From: Octopus sinensis
Taxonomy: Eukaryota
Length of the DNA: 64,000 nt
Assembly: GCF_006345805.1 (NCBI RefSeq)
Contig: NC_043003.1
Location: forward strand, 94,612,001-94,676,000
Direction: 5' to 3'
Shown here: positions 51,857 through 64,000 of the stretch, piece by piece
How positions within the stretch are numbered: position 1 is the stretch's first letter
How the letters are laid out: each line of letters opens with the position of its first letter
Made by a program: the position numbers and the translations under genes
Notes under the pieces: generated by a model
Seen by the model: the letters and a program-made list of their open reading frames with translations, nothing else
What the model was told of the DNA's origin: nothing
Databases searched by the model: none

Positions 51857-53399
51857 TATCATCATTATCATCATCATCATCATCATCATCATCGTTTAAC
51901 GTCCGTTTTCCATGCTGGCATGGGTTGGACGGTTTGACTGGGGACTGGCAAGACAGTAGGCTGCGCCAGGCTCCAATCTAAACTGGCAAGGTTTCTACAG
52001 CTGGATGCCCTTCCTAATGCCAGTTATTCTGAGAGTGTAGCGGGTACTTTTTATGTCTCCAGTTAAATGAAGGAAAGAAAATAGAGAGTTAAGATAATAA
52101 TAATTATTTATTATTAAAAAATTGGTAATCTTTATTTCTTACAGTCATTTCCATTAGTGCACAATAGATAAATTACAAATTTATGCTTTAAATTTGCATT
52201 TATATGTTATGTGCATAATTTCTTCAGAGATTAACATCTCCTCTAAGCAACTTATATATATATATATATATTTACACACACACACACACACACACACTAA
52301 TATCAAACAGTGAGAATGAGTGCTCAACACTGCCTTGATAGATAAATATTCTTTATTTTGGGTTAAGAAGGCAACCAATGGTTTCCTGTGAAAGGAACTT
52401 CACAATTGTCATTTTCTGTTAAATGTTCATAGGCTTCTTTGTTGTTATATATATATATATGGTTATGGCAGATGGCACTTAGCATCCAGTTAATCAAAAG
52501 TTTCATATTCTATCTAATGATCAAGAAGGTGAAATTCAAACAACAAGAAGTGAGGTACCAGTATTATAACCATAAACCACTGTGGCACTTTTGGCATAAA
52601 GTACATGCAAGATATAACAGTCAAATCTTATTCATATCATATGTTAATATTTAAAAAAAAAAGATCAAATCTAAGTCATACTGTACCTAATAATTCCGTA
52701 TCCTCAATCCCTGAAATGAAAGGGGAGATAACCACACCTGGAACACCTTTTATAATAGCTCTGCTTCATCAGGTGAAGGCACATTGCCTAGTTGTAAAGG
52801 TGCTGAACTTGTGATCACAAGACCATGGTTTCAATTCCTGAACAAGGTAGCGTGTTATGTTCTTAAGCAGAACTCTTCAATTTATGTTGCTCTGTGATCA
52901 CTTCATCATCTGAGGCATGGCCTATTGTGCACTTGTACAAGCAATGTCAGTTTGATGGAGGGGGTGAGCTAATATGCAATACAAACATACAAACATTTGT
53001 TTATATATAAACAAATTACCTGTGCAGGTTGTTCAGCAAGAAATTGCACAAAAAATCCTCATCTGTCATCTATGACAGGAGAGTTCACACACACACACAC
53101 ACACACATCAAAAAAAAAAAAAAATTAATAAATTCGTCAAAGCTGGCCAGAGAATCAACAAAAATTACATCAACAATAACAAAAATAATAATCTCTACTC
53201 CACGCTACGTCTAGTTGAATAAGGAATTCAAACGTGTTGCTAAGCTGATAGTTTAGAAGTGAGATCAACTATTTGAAACATTGGCCACCAAAAGGACATA
53301 TCATTAAGATTGCCTGGGAGATAATCTTTTGAAATGTCAATGAAATGGTGACAGGCTAGTTACATTAATGGTAATTTATATAACCAGTAGACAGTGTCT

Positions 53400-54056
53400 G
53401 CTAACACCACAGCCACAGCCACCCCTGCCACTATCACTATCATATCATGACCACAAATTTAAACCACAAATACCATCCTCTTCCTCTTCCTCCAGCGCCT
53501 CTTCGTCTTTATTGCCATCATCATCATCGGCATCATTATCATTGACATCGTCATCGGCAGTATCATCAGCATCATCGCAACCACCATCATCATCGTCGTC
53601 GTCATCGTCGTCGTCGTCATCGTCATCATCATCATCGTCATCATCATCATCATCATCATCATCATCACTACTGTCATTTACCACCATCATCATTATCATA
53701 ATAACTACAACTACCATTGCCATTATCATCATTGTCATCATCATCATCGTCACAATTAGAATTATCATCTTCATCATCACAACCGCCATTGTTACCATCC
53801 TTATCACTGCTGAAACCACTATGACCATCATTATCGTTAACAGAACCTTAACTACCATCATCATCGTCATCATCATCATCATCATCATCACAGGGATCTT
53901 CACTAACATCCTTATTGTAGTCGTCATCGTTGTCATCATCATCAAAATTACAACAACAGGGAAAGAAATGCAATTAAATAATGGTATAAAGAAACAAAAC
54001 AAAGAGAGAAATAGAAGATGGACAAACAGAAAGGAAGGAAGGAAGAAAGAAAGAAA

Positions 54057-54100
<44 letters not shown>

Positions 54101-54680
54101 GAAGGAAGAAATGGACAAAACAGAGAAAAACTGAAGAAATGAAAGAAGGAAAGAAAGGCAGAACGAAAAAAGTTACAATAAAAAACAATAGGTTTTAATG
54201 AATGCATAAGAGGGAGAAAGGAAGATAAAGAGTCGATGTAGAAAGAGGGAAGGAGAGTGATAGTGAGAGAAGAGAGGGAGAGCAAGAGAAGAAGAGATGT
54301 ATAATAGGTAAAGGGGAATAGAAAGAAAAGGGAGAAAGATTAAGAGAAAAAGCAAGAGAATGAAAGAAAGAGTGATAGATGGAGAGAGAGAGAAAGAGAG
54401 AGAATATAAGGAGAGTATAAAGAGAGTATACTAGGAATATGATGAAAGATAGTGAGAAGTGTACAGAGAGAGAGGTCAAGGGATTGAGAAATCTAAGAGA
54501 TGAAGGAAGGGGTAAGAAGGGAAAGGAAATATAAGACTGGCTGAGGAGAAAGATAGGGGTGATAGGCAGCAAGATAAGAAAAAAAAGTATAAAGTATAAA
54601 GTGAGGGGGAGAAAGAAGTTTAGGTAAATGGACTCAAAGAAATGAGAGAGAAAGGGTTAGGGAGATTTTAAGGAGGGCTT
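53400..54680. repeat. Compound low-complexity block: (CAT)n, (GAAA)n, GA-rich
   Basis: Direct reading; explains the 276-aa and 247-aa pseudo-ORFs. Confidence 0.9.
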
Positions 54681-55054
54681 GAAATCATAGCATCACAATA
54701 TCATCCTGTGATGTAGTGTTTTAATTATGGAAGGAAATTGATGACATAATCTATTCTATGCACGACATTTATATCATTTGTAAAACAACTGGCTGATAAA
54801 TTATAGGGCTGAATAAAAGATGAAGTTTGTTTAAGTCACAACAGTTATTCATGAGAAATTTGAGGAATATACTTTGGAATAGAAGCTAAGCCATAATCTT
54901 TTATATAATCTTTTAATCATTTGTATTATTCCTAACTAAAGAACAAAATTGAAGTCTATTGCAGACAACATTTATAAAAAAATATCTATATTATTCTTCA
55001 TGTTACAGTTGACAGGGAAATTTATTGTTTTAAATTGTGTGATATATATAATGT

Positions 55055-55820
55055 CGACCCAACTGGTGGTCAATGAGGAAACTAGGGATAAATGAATGGT
55101 TAGTGAGAGCTTTGCAAGTCATGTACAGGGATGCTGTCAGTAAGGTGAGGGTTGGCAACGAGTACATTGAAGAATTCCTGGTAGAATTAGGGGTCCACCA
55201 AGGTTCAGTCCTCAGACCAACTCCTATTTATCATAGGCCTCCAGGCAATAACAGAGGAATTCAAGACAGGATGCTCCTGGTAGCTCCTCTATGATGATGA
55301 CCTTATTCTAATTGCTGTGTCACTATCAGAACTCGAGAAGTTTCAGCTGTGGAAGCAAGGATTAGAATCAAAGGGCCTTAGAGTCAACCTAGCTAAAACC
55401 AAAGTCCTAATAAGTAGGAAGGCAGATAAACTAAAAATCCCTTCTGGTAGATGGCCCTGCTCGATCTGTAGAAAAAGCATAGGTAGAAACTCTATAAGAT
55501 GTACCCAGTGTAAGCTATGGAAGATAAGAGGTGAAGCAACATCAAAGGAAGGCTAGCTGGGAAGATAGTTTTTGTATGTGGCAGATGCTCAGGAGCAATA
55601 AACACTGAAAATGTGCAGAGATTCTGCCAGATACCAGGGAGAAAAACTAGAAGTAGTTGTTAGCTACCATTACCTAGGTGACCAAGTCAGTAGCGGGGGA
55701 GGGTGTGCTGAAAGTGTAGCTGCTAGAATAAGAATAGCCTGGGCAAAGTTCAGAGAGCTCTTATCTCTGCTGGTGACAAAGGGCCTCTTGCTGTATGATG
55801 CATGTGTACGGACAGTCATG
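55055..55820 (+). pseudogene. RTE-clade LINE reverse transcriptase fragment with Cys-rich insert
   Basis: WWSMRKLGINEWLVRALQVMYRDAVSKVRVGNEYIEEFLVELGVHQGSVL..LLYDDDLIL (YADD site)..GLRVNLAKTKVL..WPCSICRK..SIRCTQCKLW..YHYLGDQVSSGGGCAESVAARIRIAWAKFREL; frameshifts and stops present. Confidence 0.92.
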
Positions 55821-55888
55821 TTCTCATGTATGTGCAAGAGGCACACTCTCTCTCTTTCTCTCTCTTTCTCTCTCTCTCTTTCTCTCTT

Positions 55889-55924
<36 letters not shown>

Positions 55925-56237
55925 CTCACAATGTCCAGTTCATTTACACATTCAAACATCTTGCACTTTCTCCCCACTTTCACTTTAAAACAAAAGTAAC
56001 AGGTGATTTTCAGGACAAAAATTGTTAAAAAAAGGTATCTACTCATATGAATTGATTACTATTGTATGGGTAGTTCCAATCAAATAAGTCCAGGAGTTAG
56101 GTTAAATATATATGCATGCATAAGTACCATGAATTTCCATTCTACAAACTGGCAAACAATTCCATGAATACTTTACCGGACAAGGCTGGGCATTAAGTCT
56201 AGTATATATATATATATAAATAAGGGTGGCTTGTTTT

Positions 56238-56298
<61 letters not shown>

Positions 56299-56463
56299 CT
56301 TATACATATGCATGTATGTATGTATGCATGTTCATATATAGATTTTCTATAGCCAGATACCATTTTTGTCATCGACCCTCACCTGTTTCTAAGAAGTTAA
56401 TATTCTCCAAGACTATGACAAGAAGACATGAACATACATATGCTCATACATACATACATGTGT

Positions 56464-56515
<52 letters not shown>

Positions 56516-56539
56516 TAGGCTTCTTTCTGTTTTAGAAAC

Positions 56540-57015
56540 TTGTTTTCCAACCACATGGTTCTGGGTTCAGTCCCACTGTGTGGCACCTTGGGCAAGTGTC
56601 TTCTAATATAGCCTTGGGCCGACAAAAGTCTTCTGAGCAGATTTGATAGACAGAGAAACTGTAAGAAGCCTATTATGTGTGTATGTGTGTATGTGTGTGT
56701 GCGTGTGTGTGTGCGTGTGTATGCATATGTGTGTATGTGCGTGTGTGCGTGTGTGCGTGTGTGTGTGTGCATATGTGTGCATGTGTGTGTGCATGTGTGC
56801 ATGTCTGTGTGTGTGTGTAATGTCTGTGTTTGTCCCTTGCCACCATTTGACAACTGGCGTGGTGTGTGTGCTTACATTCCTGTAACTTAGCAGTTCATCA
56901 AAAGATTCTAATAGAATAAGTACCAGGCTTAAAAAATAAGTCCTGGGGTTGATTCATTCAACTAAAAATTCAAGGTGGTGCCCCAGCATGGTCACAGTCT
57001 AAGGACTAAAAAATA
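56540..57015 (+). mobile_element. SINE family A with expanded (TG)n
   Basis: CCAACCACATGGTTCTGGGTTCAGTCCCACTGTGTGGCACCTTGGGCAAG... through the tail. Confidence 0.85.
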
Positions 57016-58005
57016 AAAGAAAAATATATGTGTATACATATATGTGTGTATGTATGTATATATATATATACACATGTGTGTATATGTATGTGTGTATGTA
57101 TGCTTGTATGTATGTATCTACCTATGTGTGTGTATATGTATGTATGCACATATATAATGGGCTTCTACACAGTTTCCATGCACTAGATTTCACTCACAAG
57201 GTATTGGTCAATGTGACCAATAGCTACCAATAAAGTAGAATATACTTGGCCAGTGTGCCATACCTTGATTTTGAACTTAGAATCACATGATTGTAAATCT
57301 AGCTGCTGAACCTCCCACCACCATTGCCTCCACCCACTTATATAAACTCATACAAAATTTCAAGTGGTGGGGGTGGTGGTTCTGGTAGTGGTTGTGGTGG
57401 TGGTACTGGTAGTGGTTGTGGTGGTGGTAGTGGTGGTATACAGTGCCATAAACTGTTCATATAGAGGTAAGGTATGATCCTGTCTGTAGTCCAGCTGTCA
57501 TTAACATCTACCACTGTGACCCACCAAAACCCACCACCCTCTGCAAAAAAAGAAAAAAGAAGAAATGGCAGAACAAAAACAAGGAACTGCAGAAGAAACT
57601 CATCAGAACACAAGCACAAAATAATAGAATAAACGAGAGAGATGTTACGTCAAAAAGGCTGGTGCTAAGAAGAAAGAGACTTGAGATGTGGGAAGACAAG
57701 AGAATAATGAATTGCAAACAAATGAATAAAAATTGCAGTTTAGATATAAAACTTGGAACAAACTTAAATGTAAAGCATGACATGTAAGTGGTGGTGGGGG
57801 GGCACAGATTAAACAGACATACTACAGATCTCTCTCTCTCTCTTTCTCTCTCTCTCTCCTCATTTTATATTACATTGTAACAACTTAACATCTCAAAACC
57901 AGATGTTGCAATAACCTACATTATAAATAAATAAATACATAGATACATCCACACACACACATATACATATATATATATGTATATGTGGATGTATGTATGT
58001 ATATG

Positions 58006-58053
<48 letters not shown>

Positions 58054-58261
58054 CACACACACACCTCTGTATGTATGCAGGTATGAGCGTATGTAGGAAT
58101 AACTACTGTAAGTCATATACATCTCGTTGAAGGTATTATGTCCATACAAACATCATACACTCACACCACACATACACACACACATTCACTCACACATAAA
58201 AATACATGTGTATATGCATTTGTCCATATCTTAGCATTCTTACACTAAGTACATATATATA

Positions 58262-58348
<87 letters not shown>

Positions 58349-58372
58349 TAAAGATATATATATGTGTGTGTG

Positions 58373-58423
<51 letters not shown>

Positions 58424-59014
58424 AGCATCATCATCATCTTCCATTTCTCCATTAAATAATATTTATATAGATATATTCTTCTCCAAAGTTGAGACAAATA
58501 CCAACTCTTCCTCTTCCATATGGTAAGCCTTATGTTAAGCTTGAACAATTGTGCAGATCTCACCACATGAAACAATTGGTTGCCTTGTTAACCCACAAAT
58601 CAAGTATATATATATATATATATATATAAGACGGTGCTCCAGTATGGCTGCAGTCCAATGACTGAAACAAATAAAAGAATTAAAGAATATATATATATAT
58701 ATGTGTATATATAGTAATAAGAACCATAATACTTGGTTGGAATTTATAAACATTTAAAGCATCACTACATGCATTTTTACAAATAACATGTTTCTTCAGA
58801 TCACAGTCCATATTCCTGGGAAGATTACAATGTAGTCCATAGTATCTGTGGGCATTGAGTAGATCCTCTTCATGGATTTATTTCTTCAGGCGATTTAACT
58901 CTAATGAATGCTTACCAGAGGGATGTTTACACCTTTTAACTAGTGCAAACGAGTTATGTGTGTGTGTGTGTGTGTGTGTATTTGGCATTCCATTGGTGAC
59001 AATGACAAGAGTCC

Positions 59015-59083
59015 CAGTTGATCTGACCAACGCAGTTGATCTGACCAACACAGTTGATCTGACCAACGCAGTTGATCTGACCA
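59015..59083. repeat. 18-bp tandem repeat x3.8 inside a SINE-like element
   Basis: CAGTTGATCTGACCAAC(G/A) at 59015, 59033, 59051 and 59069. Confidence 0.95.
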
Positions 59084-60044
59084 GCTGGCGAAGTTAACAT
59101 GCAAGTGGCTGAGCACTCTACAAACACATGTAACTTGTAAAGTAGTTTTCAGAGGGATTCAGCATGACAGAGAATGTGACAAGGTTGGTCCTTTTGAAAT
59201 ACAGATATTACTCATTTTTGCCAGCTGAGTGATACTCATCTGGCAAAAATGATCATTGTTATTGTCTCTCCACTCTACCATTCCCTACACTTACCTCCTC
59301 CATCTGACCACCTGCATCCCATACTTTTATCCCCCTCCTACTCTTACAAACTTACTCACCCCTGGTGATTGTCCTGCCTCCATACTCTCTTCTGTTCACC
59401 TTCTTGGTCATGTTAGTATATTCTGGCACCTTGACACAACTGCATTGTGTGGCACTACTCCAGCCTTCTCAATGCGTTCATGTAAAATGTGAAGTAGCCA
59501 TGAATATCCTCCACAACAAACCTGGTTCCACTCTTTCCATTTAACCTCTCCACACCTTTCATAAAGCAACCATTTTTATCTCCTCTACTCCTTCTCAAGT
59601 AAGGGGACTCTTTAGTCTCAGGAAATTACAAGGTAATCTCACATAAAATGTTCCCAGTACATTCTGTAAAGTGTCTAGCATTGGGAAGTGCATCCAGCCA
59701 TAAGAACTATGCCAAAATTAAAACACTAGAGCAAAACGTAGTCTTCCAACTAAATGGATTCTGTCTAACCATCCAACACAAACCAGCATGGATGGTGGAT
59801 GTAAAATGACAATGACAACAACGATAATGATGATAATGATGATGATGATGATGATGAATGTGTGTGTGCACATGTCATGTGTATGTGAGTGTGTGCTTGA
59901 AACTGATTGTTTACATGCCCATAACTTAGCAGTTTGGCAAAAAAGACTGACAGAATATGTAGTTCTGGAGTTGATTTGTTTGACTAGACCCTTTAAAGCA
60001 GTGCTCTAGCAGGGTCACAGTCCAAAGACTGAAACAAGTAAACA

Positions 60045-60290
60045 ATCATCATCATCATCATCATTCATCATCATCATCATCATCATCATTTAACGTCCAT
60101 TCTCCATGCTGGCATGGGTTGGATGGTTTGACCAGGGCTGGTAAGCTGAGGGGCTGCACGAGACTCCAGTCTGATTTAGCATGGTTTCTACAGCAGGATG
60201 CCCTTCCTAATGCCAACCACTCTGAGAGTGTACAGGGCGCTTTTGCATGCCACCAGAACAGGTGCCAGTTGCATGGCACCAGTTACAACA
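60045..60290 (-). mobile_element. RTE-type 3' tail (family B)
   Basis: (CAT)n TTTAACGTCCATTCTCCATGCTGGCATGGGTTGG... Confidence 0.9.
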
Positions 60291-60522
60291 ATGATTTCAA
60301 TAAAAGATAAAAGACTATAACCAGAATATGGTTTTTGTGCATTGTAAACACTGCTTCATTGGAATGGTTCCAGAAATCACCAAAACGTGATGCACAGATT
60401 GTATTGGATCTCTCGCTATATCCATCTATGTCTCCTCCATTGCTAATCTAAATGTATTGGATAAAGAAAAATTCTATCTGACAGTAGTTCTAAGTTTGTG
60501 AGATGAGAAATTATATACATTG

Positions 60523-60666
60523 TTTACATTATTTACATTTGATGGATATTTGTCCTCATCTTGTTTGTTGTTAACACAACATTTTGGCTGATGTGCTCTC
60601 CAGTCTTTATTAGGTGTCCTGGGGTAATTTTGAACCTGGCTTCTCATTCCTAAGGTATTTTCCCAA

Positions 60667-60718
<52 letters not shown>

Positions 60719-61037
60719 TATTATTATTATTATTCAGGTCACTGCCTGGAATCGAACTCAGAATCTTGGGGTTAGTAGCCCGTGAACAGTGACTTGAATA
60801 ATAATAATAATAATAATAATAAAATATAATAATAATAATAATAATGATAATAATAATAATGATAATGAAATAATAATAATGATAATGATAACATCGGAAA
60901 AATACCTTAGGAATGAGAACCCAAGATCAAAATTCCCCCAGGACATCTAATGAAGGCTGGAGGTACATTCAGCTGAAAAGTTGTGTTAACATCAAACAAG
61001 ATGAGGACAAATATCCATCAAATGTAAATAATGTAAA
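60523..61037. mobile_element. Fold-back element: tRNA-like B-box centre, (AAT)n, and Penelope-type hammerhead-bearing arms
   Basis: Arms 60523-60744 and 60787-61037 are reverse complements. Plus arm GACAT-CTAATGA-AGGCTGgaggtacattCAGCT-GAAA-A-GTT-GTGTT (60942-60987); the minus arm has the decayed equivalent (60573-60618). Centre reads GAGTTCGATTCC on the minus strand. Confidence 0.7.
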
Positions 61038-61054
61038 GAAAGAAATATTCGTTT

Positions 61055-61264
61055 CACATTTTGGCACAAGGTCAGCAATTTCAGGGGAAGGGTCTAAATC
61101 GATTAGATTGACCCTAGTACTCAACTGGTACTTAATTTATCCACCCCAAAGGAATTAAAAGTAAGGTTGACCTTGACAGAATTTGAACTCAGAATGTAAG
61201 GACAGTCAAAATGCTGCTAGGCATTTTGGCCGACGTGCTAACAACTCTGCCAGCTTGCCGCCTT
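61055..61264 (-). mobile_element. Degenerate SINE family E
   Basis: AACTGGTACTTAATTTAT..CCCCAAAGGA..TTTGAACTCAGAA..GTGCTAAC..CTGCCAGCTTGCCGCC. Confidence 0.8.
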
Positions 61265-61399
61265 AAACTGGACAAATAAATATTAATGCCAGGAAAGTGG
61301 TAGAATGGCTTCTTCTGGATTTGTATGAGTTTGGAATTTCTTTCTTTTGGCCATTCATAATAATTTGGGTGTTAGGTATGCTTGTTATAGAAAGTATAT

Positions 61400-61617
61400 T
61401 GGAGATGTTGATAGAAGTAAATATGATTATAACAACAGTGGCTACACTGGTGGTGGTGTTGATGGTGTTGGTGGTGGTGTTGATAGTGTTGGTGCTGGTG
61501 GTGATGGTGAAGGTGGCGGCGGCAGCGGCGGTGTAAAGGATGGTGATGTTTACAATGAAAAAGTCAGTAGTGATGTCTTTGATAGAGTAAATGATGATGA
61601 TGATGAGGATGAGGATG

Positions 61618-61648
<31 letters not shown>

Positions 61649-61870
61649 GGAGGAGGAGGAGGAGGAGGAGGAATAGGGCAGAAGAAGGGGAAGAGAGAAG
61701 AAGGAGCAAGGAGGAGGAGGGATTTAGGAGGATGGCAGGATGGGAAACCGGGTATGAGGGGGAGATAGGGAAGGGAAGAGAAGAAGGAAGAGAGGAGGGA
61801 GGAGGGGAAGGGAGTGTTTTGGTGGTGGTTGCATGGGTCATGGTGAAGGGAAGGGAAGGAAAGAAGAGGA
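61400..61870. repeat. (GGT)/(GAT)/(GGA)n low-complexity block
   Basis: Direct reading. Confidence 0.9.
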
Positions 61871-62634
61871 AAAGATGGTAAAAACTGCCCAACGTTGCGT
61901 GACCTGCTAGAAATAGCAGTCAGTTCTCTGGCAATATCACATCCACGGGATGAGGATATTGCTAATGATGCTACTATTGATAACAATGATAGATCTGGGG
62001 TGATGATGATGTTGTTTATGTACTAACAGCCAAAAATTAGACAGATTTAAAGTAAATAACACCAATAAGTTCCCAGTTCATCCCCTCCACCTCCTTCCTC
62101 ATTGGCCATATTAAAATGAAAATAGATGACCATCTAGCTGCATATCAGGTGTGCAAGTGAGTTACTGCTGTTGTTACCTGCTGACAGATTGGTGCTGCCA
62201 GTTGGCTGAGGGATGGGCGACTGGTTGAAAACAGCAGTTTTGATATAAGCAAACTGTTTACCTTGTATATTTATTTGGTAGTACCAGCTGCTGGCATTGA
62301 GAGGGAGATAGGGAAAGAAAGAGAGAGAGAGAGAGAAAGAAAAAGAGGGAGAGAGTGAGATACTAAGGGAGTGTATAAAGTGATTAACTGAGAACAGAAG
62401 CAGACTGCAAAAAAAACTGCCCAGGAAGAAAAAGCATTTTGTGTATAAATTTACTTGAAGAAAATGTGGAAGATTTTTTTCAGGTAAGACAGTGATTATT
62501 ATTCTATGAATGTATCTTAGAAAGAAATGTAATACTCGTTAGTTATTGCATCTTCTTCTTTACTTCCTATGAAACCAGTGTCATGATGATAATAGTGTTG
62601 GTGATGATGATGACGATGATGATGATGGTGTTGG

Positions 62635-62681
<47 letters not shown>

Positions 62682-63518
62682 GTGTTGGTGATGGTGATTT
62701 GATTCATTTGTGAAAGTATAATTGAAGGTTTGTTTCCTCCACAGCCACCTTTTTTGTGTTATATCAACTTGTTGAGGCCAATTTACCACCAACAGGCTTC
62801 ATCCACAGCAGGAATTGAACACAGTTCTCTAAATTAAACAAAACAGAACATCTGTCAATTCTAAAGTGGTGTCACTGCTTACAACAACAACTTCTTTCTA
62901 CTCTATGGAATCCATTTACCATTTAATGAACTGAACTGTTTATGAATTGAGTGTGTTGGTCATGGACACATTGTAGTGATAACAACAAATGTACAAACCA
63001 CCAATTCCTCAATAGCTTTGCTCAATCTTCTCCATTCTCAGATGAATTGACCAAAGTATGAAGTTAATGTGAGTTTCTGATTGATTGAAATTGTTACTGC
63101 TAGCAAGATGACATTCTCCATTTTCTCTTTCTTTTCCATTTTTCTATTGTATTCATTTCTCTTTGAAAAATATAGTGCCTCTGGCCTTTTCCTTGTAGAA
63201 CTTAACCTACTTTAACATATCGGTTCAAATACAACGATTGTAAATTGAAATATATTTACATTGTTCTTTTTTTTTTACTATATTTCTGTTAAACTACAAC
63301 CAATGTTTCACTTAATTTTAAAAATAATGAAGAATTTCTGAAGTGACTGTCGTTTTACTAGTCTTTAGAAGATAGATTTGCTTGAAATTTTGCTGGAAGA
63401 TTTTAATGTAGAATATTTTTCAAAATAGAAAGTTTTTATCACAGAAGAACGGGTAATCTTAGATAGGCTGGTATCAAGTGTTAGGCTTTGTCCACTTTAT
63501 ATATAAACAGGTATGAAG

Positions 63519-63569
<51 letters not shown>

Positions 63570-63621
63570 ATATATATATATATATATATATACCTATCTG
63601 GTGATCTAGCTAGCTGTCTAG

Positions 63622-63691
<70 letters not shown>

Positions 63692-64000
63692 TATATATAT
63701 GTATGTATGTATGTATTGTATGTATGTATGTATGTATGTATGTATGTATGTATGTATGTATGTATGCATGTATGTATGTATGCATATATGTATGTATGTA
63801 TGTACAAACACATACAAACTATATGCATCATACACGCATACAAACAGACAGACAGACAGAGATATATACATACCATCATATTTACATGCATATCAATGTA
63901 AAAGATATTACATCAACCAGAGAGCATGCTAATCCATTATATACATACATACACACATACATACTTACATACTTGCATGTATACATACATGTACAGACAT

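Noticed and set aside
52750-52775. CTGATGA with AGC/GCT hairpin on the minus strand (similar isolated cores at ~11421, 26925, 36232, 40232)
   Set aside because: No correctly placed GAAA, stem III or NUH; chance core matches.
53368-54198. 276-aa and 247-aa ORFs
   Set aside because: Derived from (CAT)n and (GAAA)n tracts; no domain, overlapping antisense ORFs.
59015-59083. CRISPR-like array
   Set aside because: Contiguous tandem units with no spacers, eukaryotic context, no cas genes.

Overview
AT-rich, microsatellite-saturated eukaryotic genomic DNA. The SINE families, RTE/CR1 LINE remnants and simple-repeat load are typical of a coleoid cephalopod, most probably Octopus (recognised from memory, not by database search). 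I found no credible host protein-coding exon; nearly all listed ORFs are translations of (TA)n/(CA)n/(ATGT)n/(CAT)n tracts. The window reads as intergenic or deep-intronic DNA filled with at least four tRNA-derived SINE families, many RTE 3' tails ending in (GAT)n, decayed RTE, BovB-like and CR1 coding fragments, a LINE 3' end encoding three C2H2 fingers, and Tc1/mariner and Tigger-like remnants. The main hidden signal is a set of type I hammerhead ribozyme motifs from several unrelated sequence families. These include an intact hammerhead in a 352-nt, terminally redundant, highly base-paired retrozyme-like unit (27973-28362) and a hammerhead with an 85-nt stem II (17000-17115, minus strand). 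Four divergent inverted repeats carry a hammerhead on each arm, as in Penelope-like elements, and one of these has a tRNA-type B-box at its centre. A long palindromic repeat present twice has retroposon-like ends and variable target-site duplications. All folds and alignments were done by eye; boundaries are approximate unless stated.
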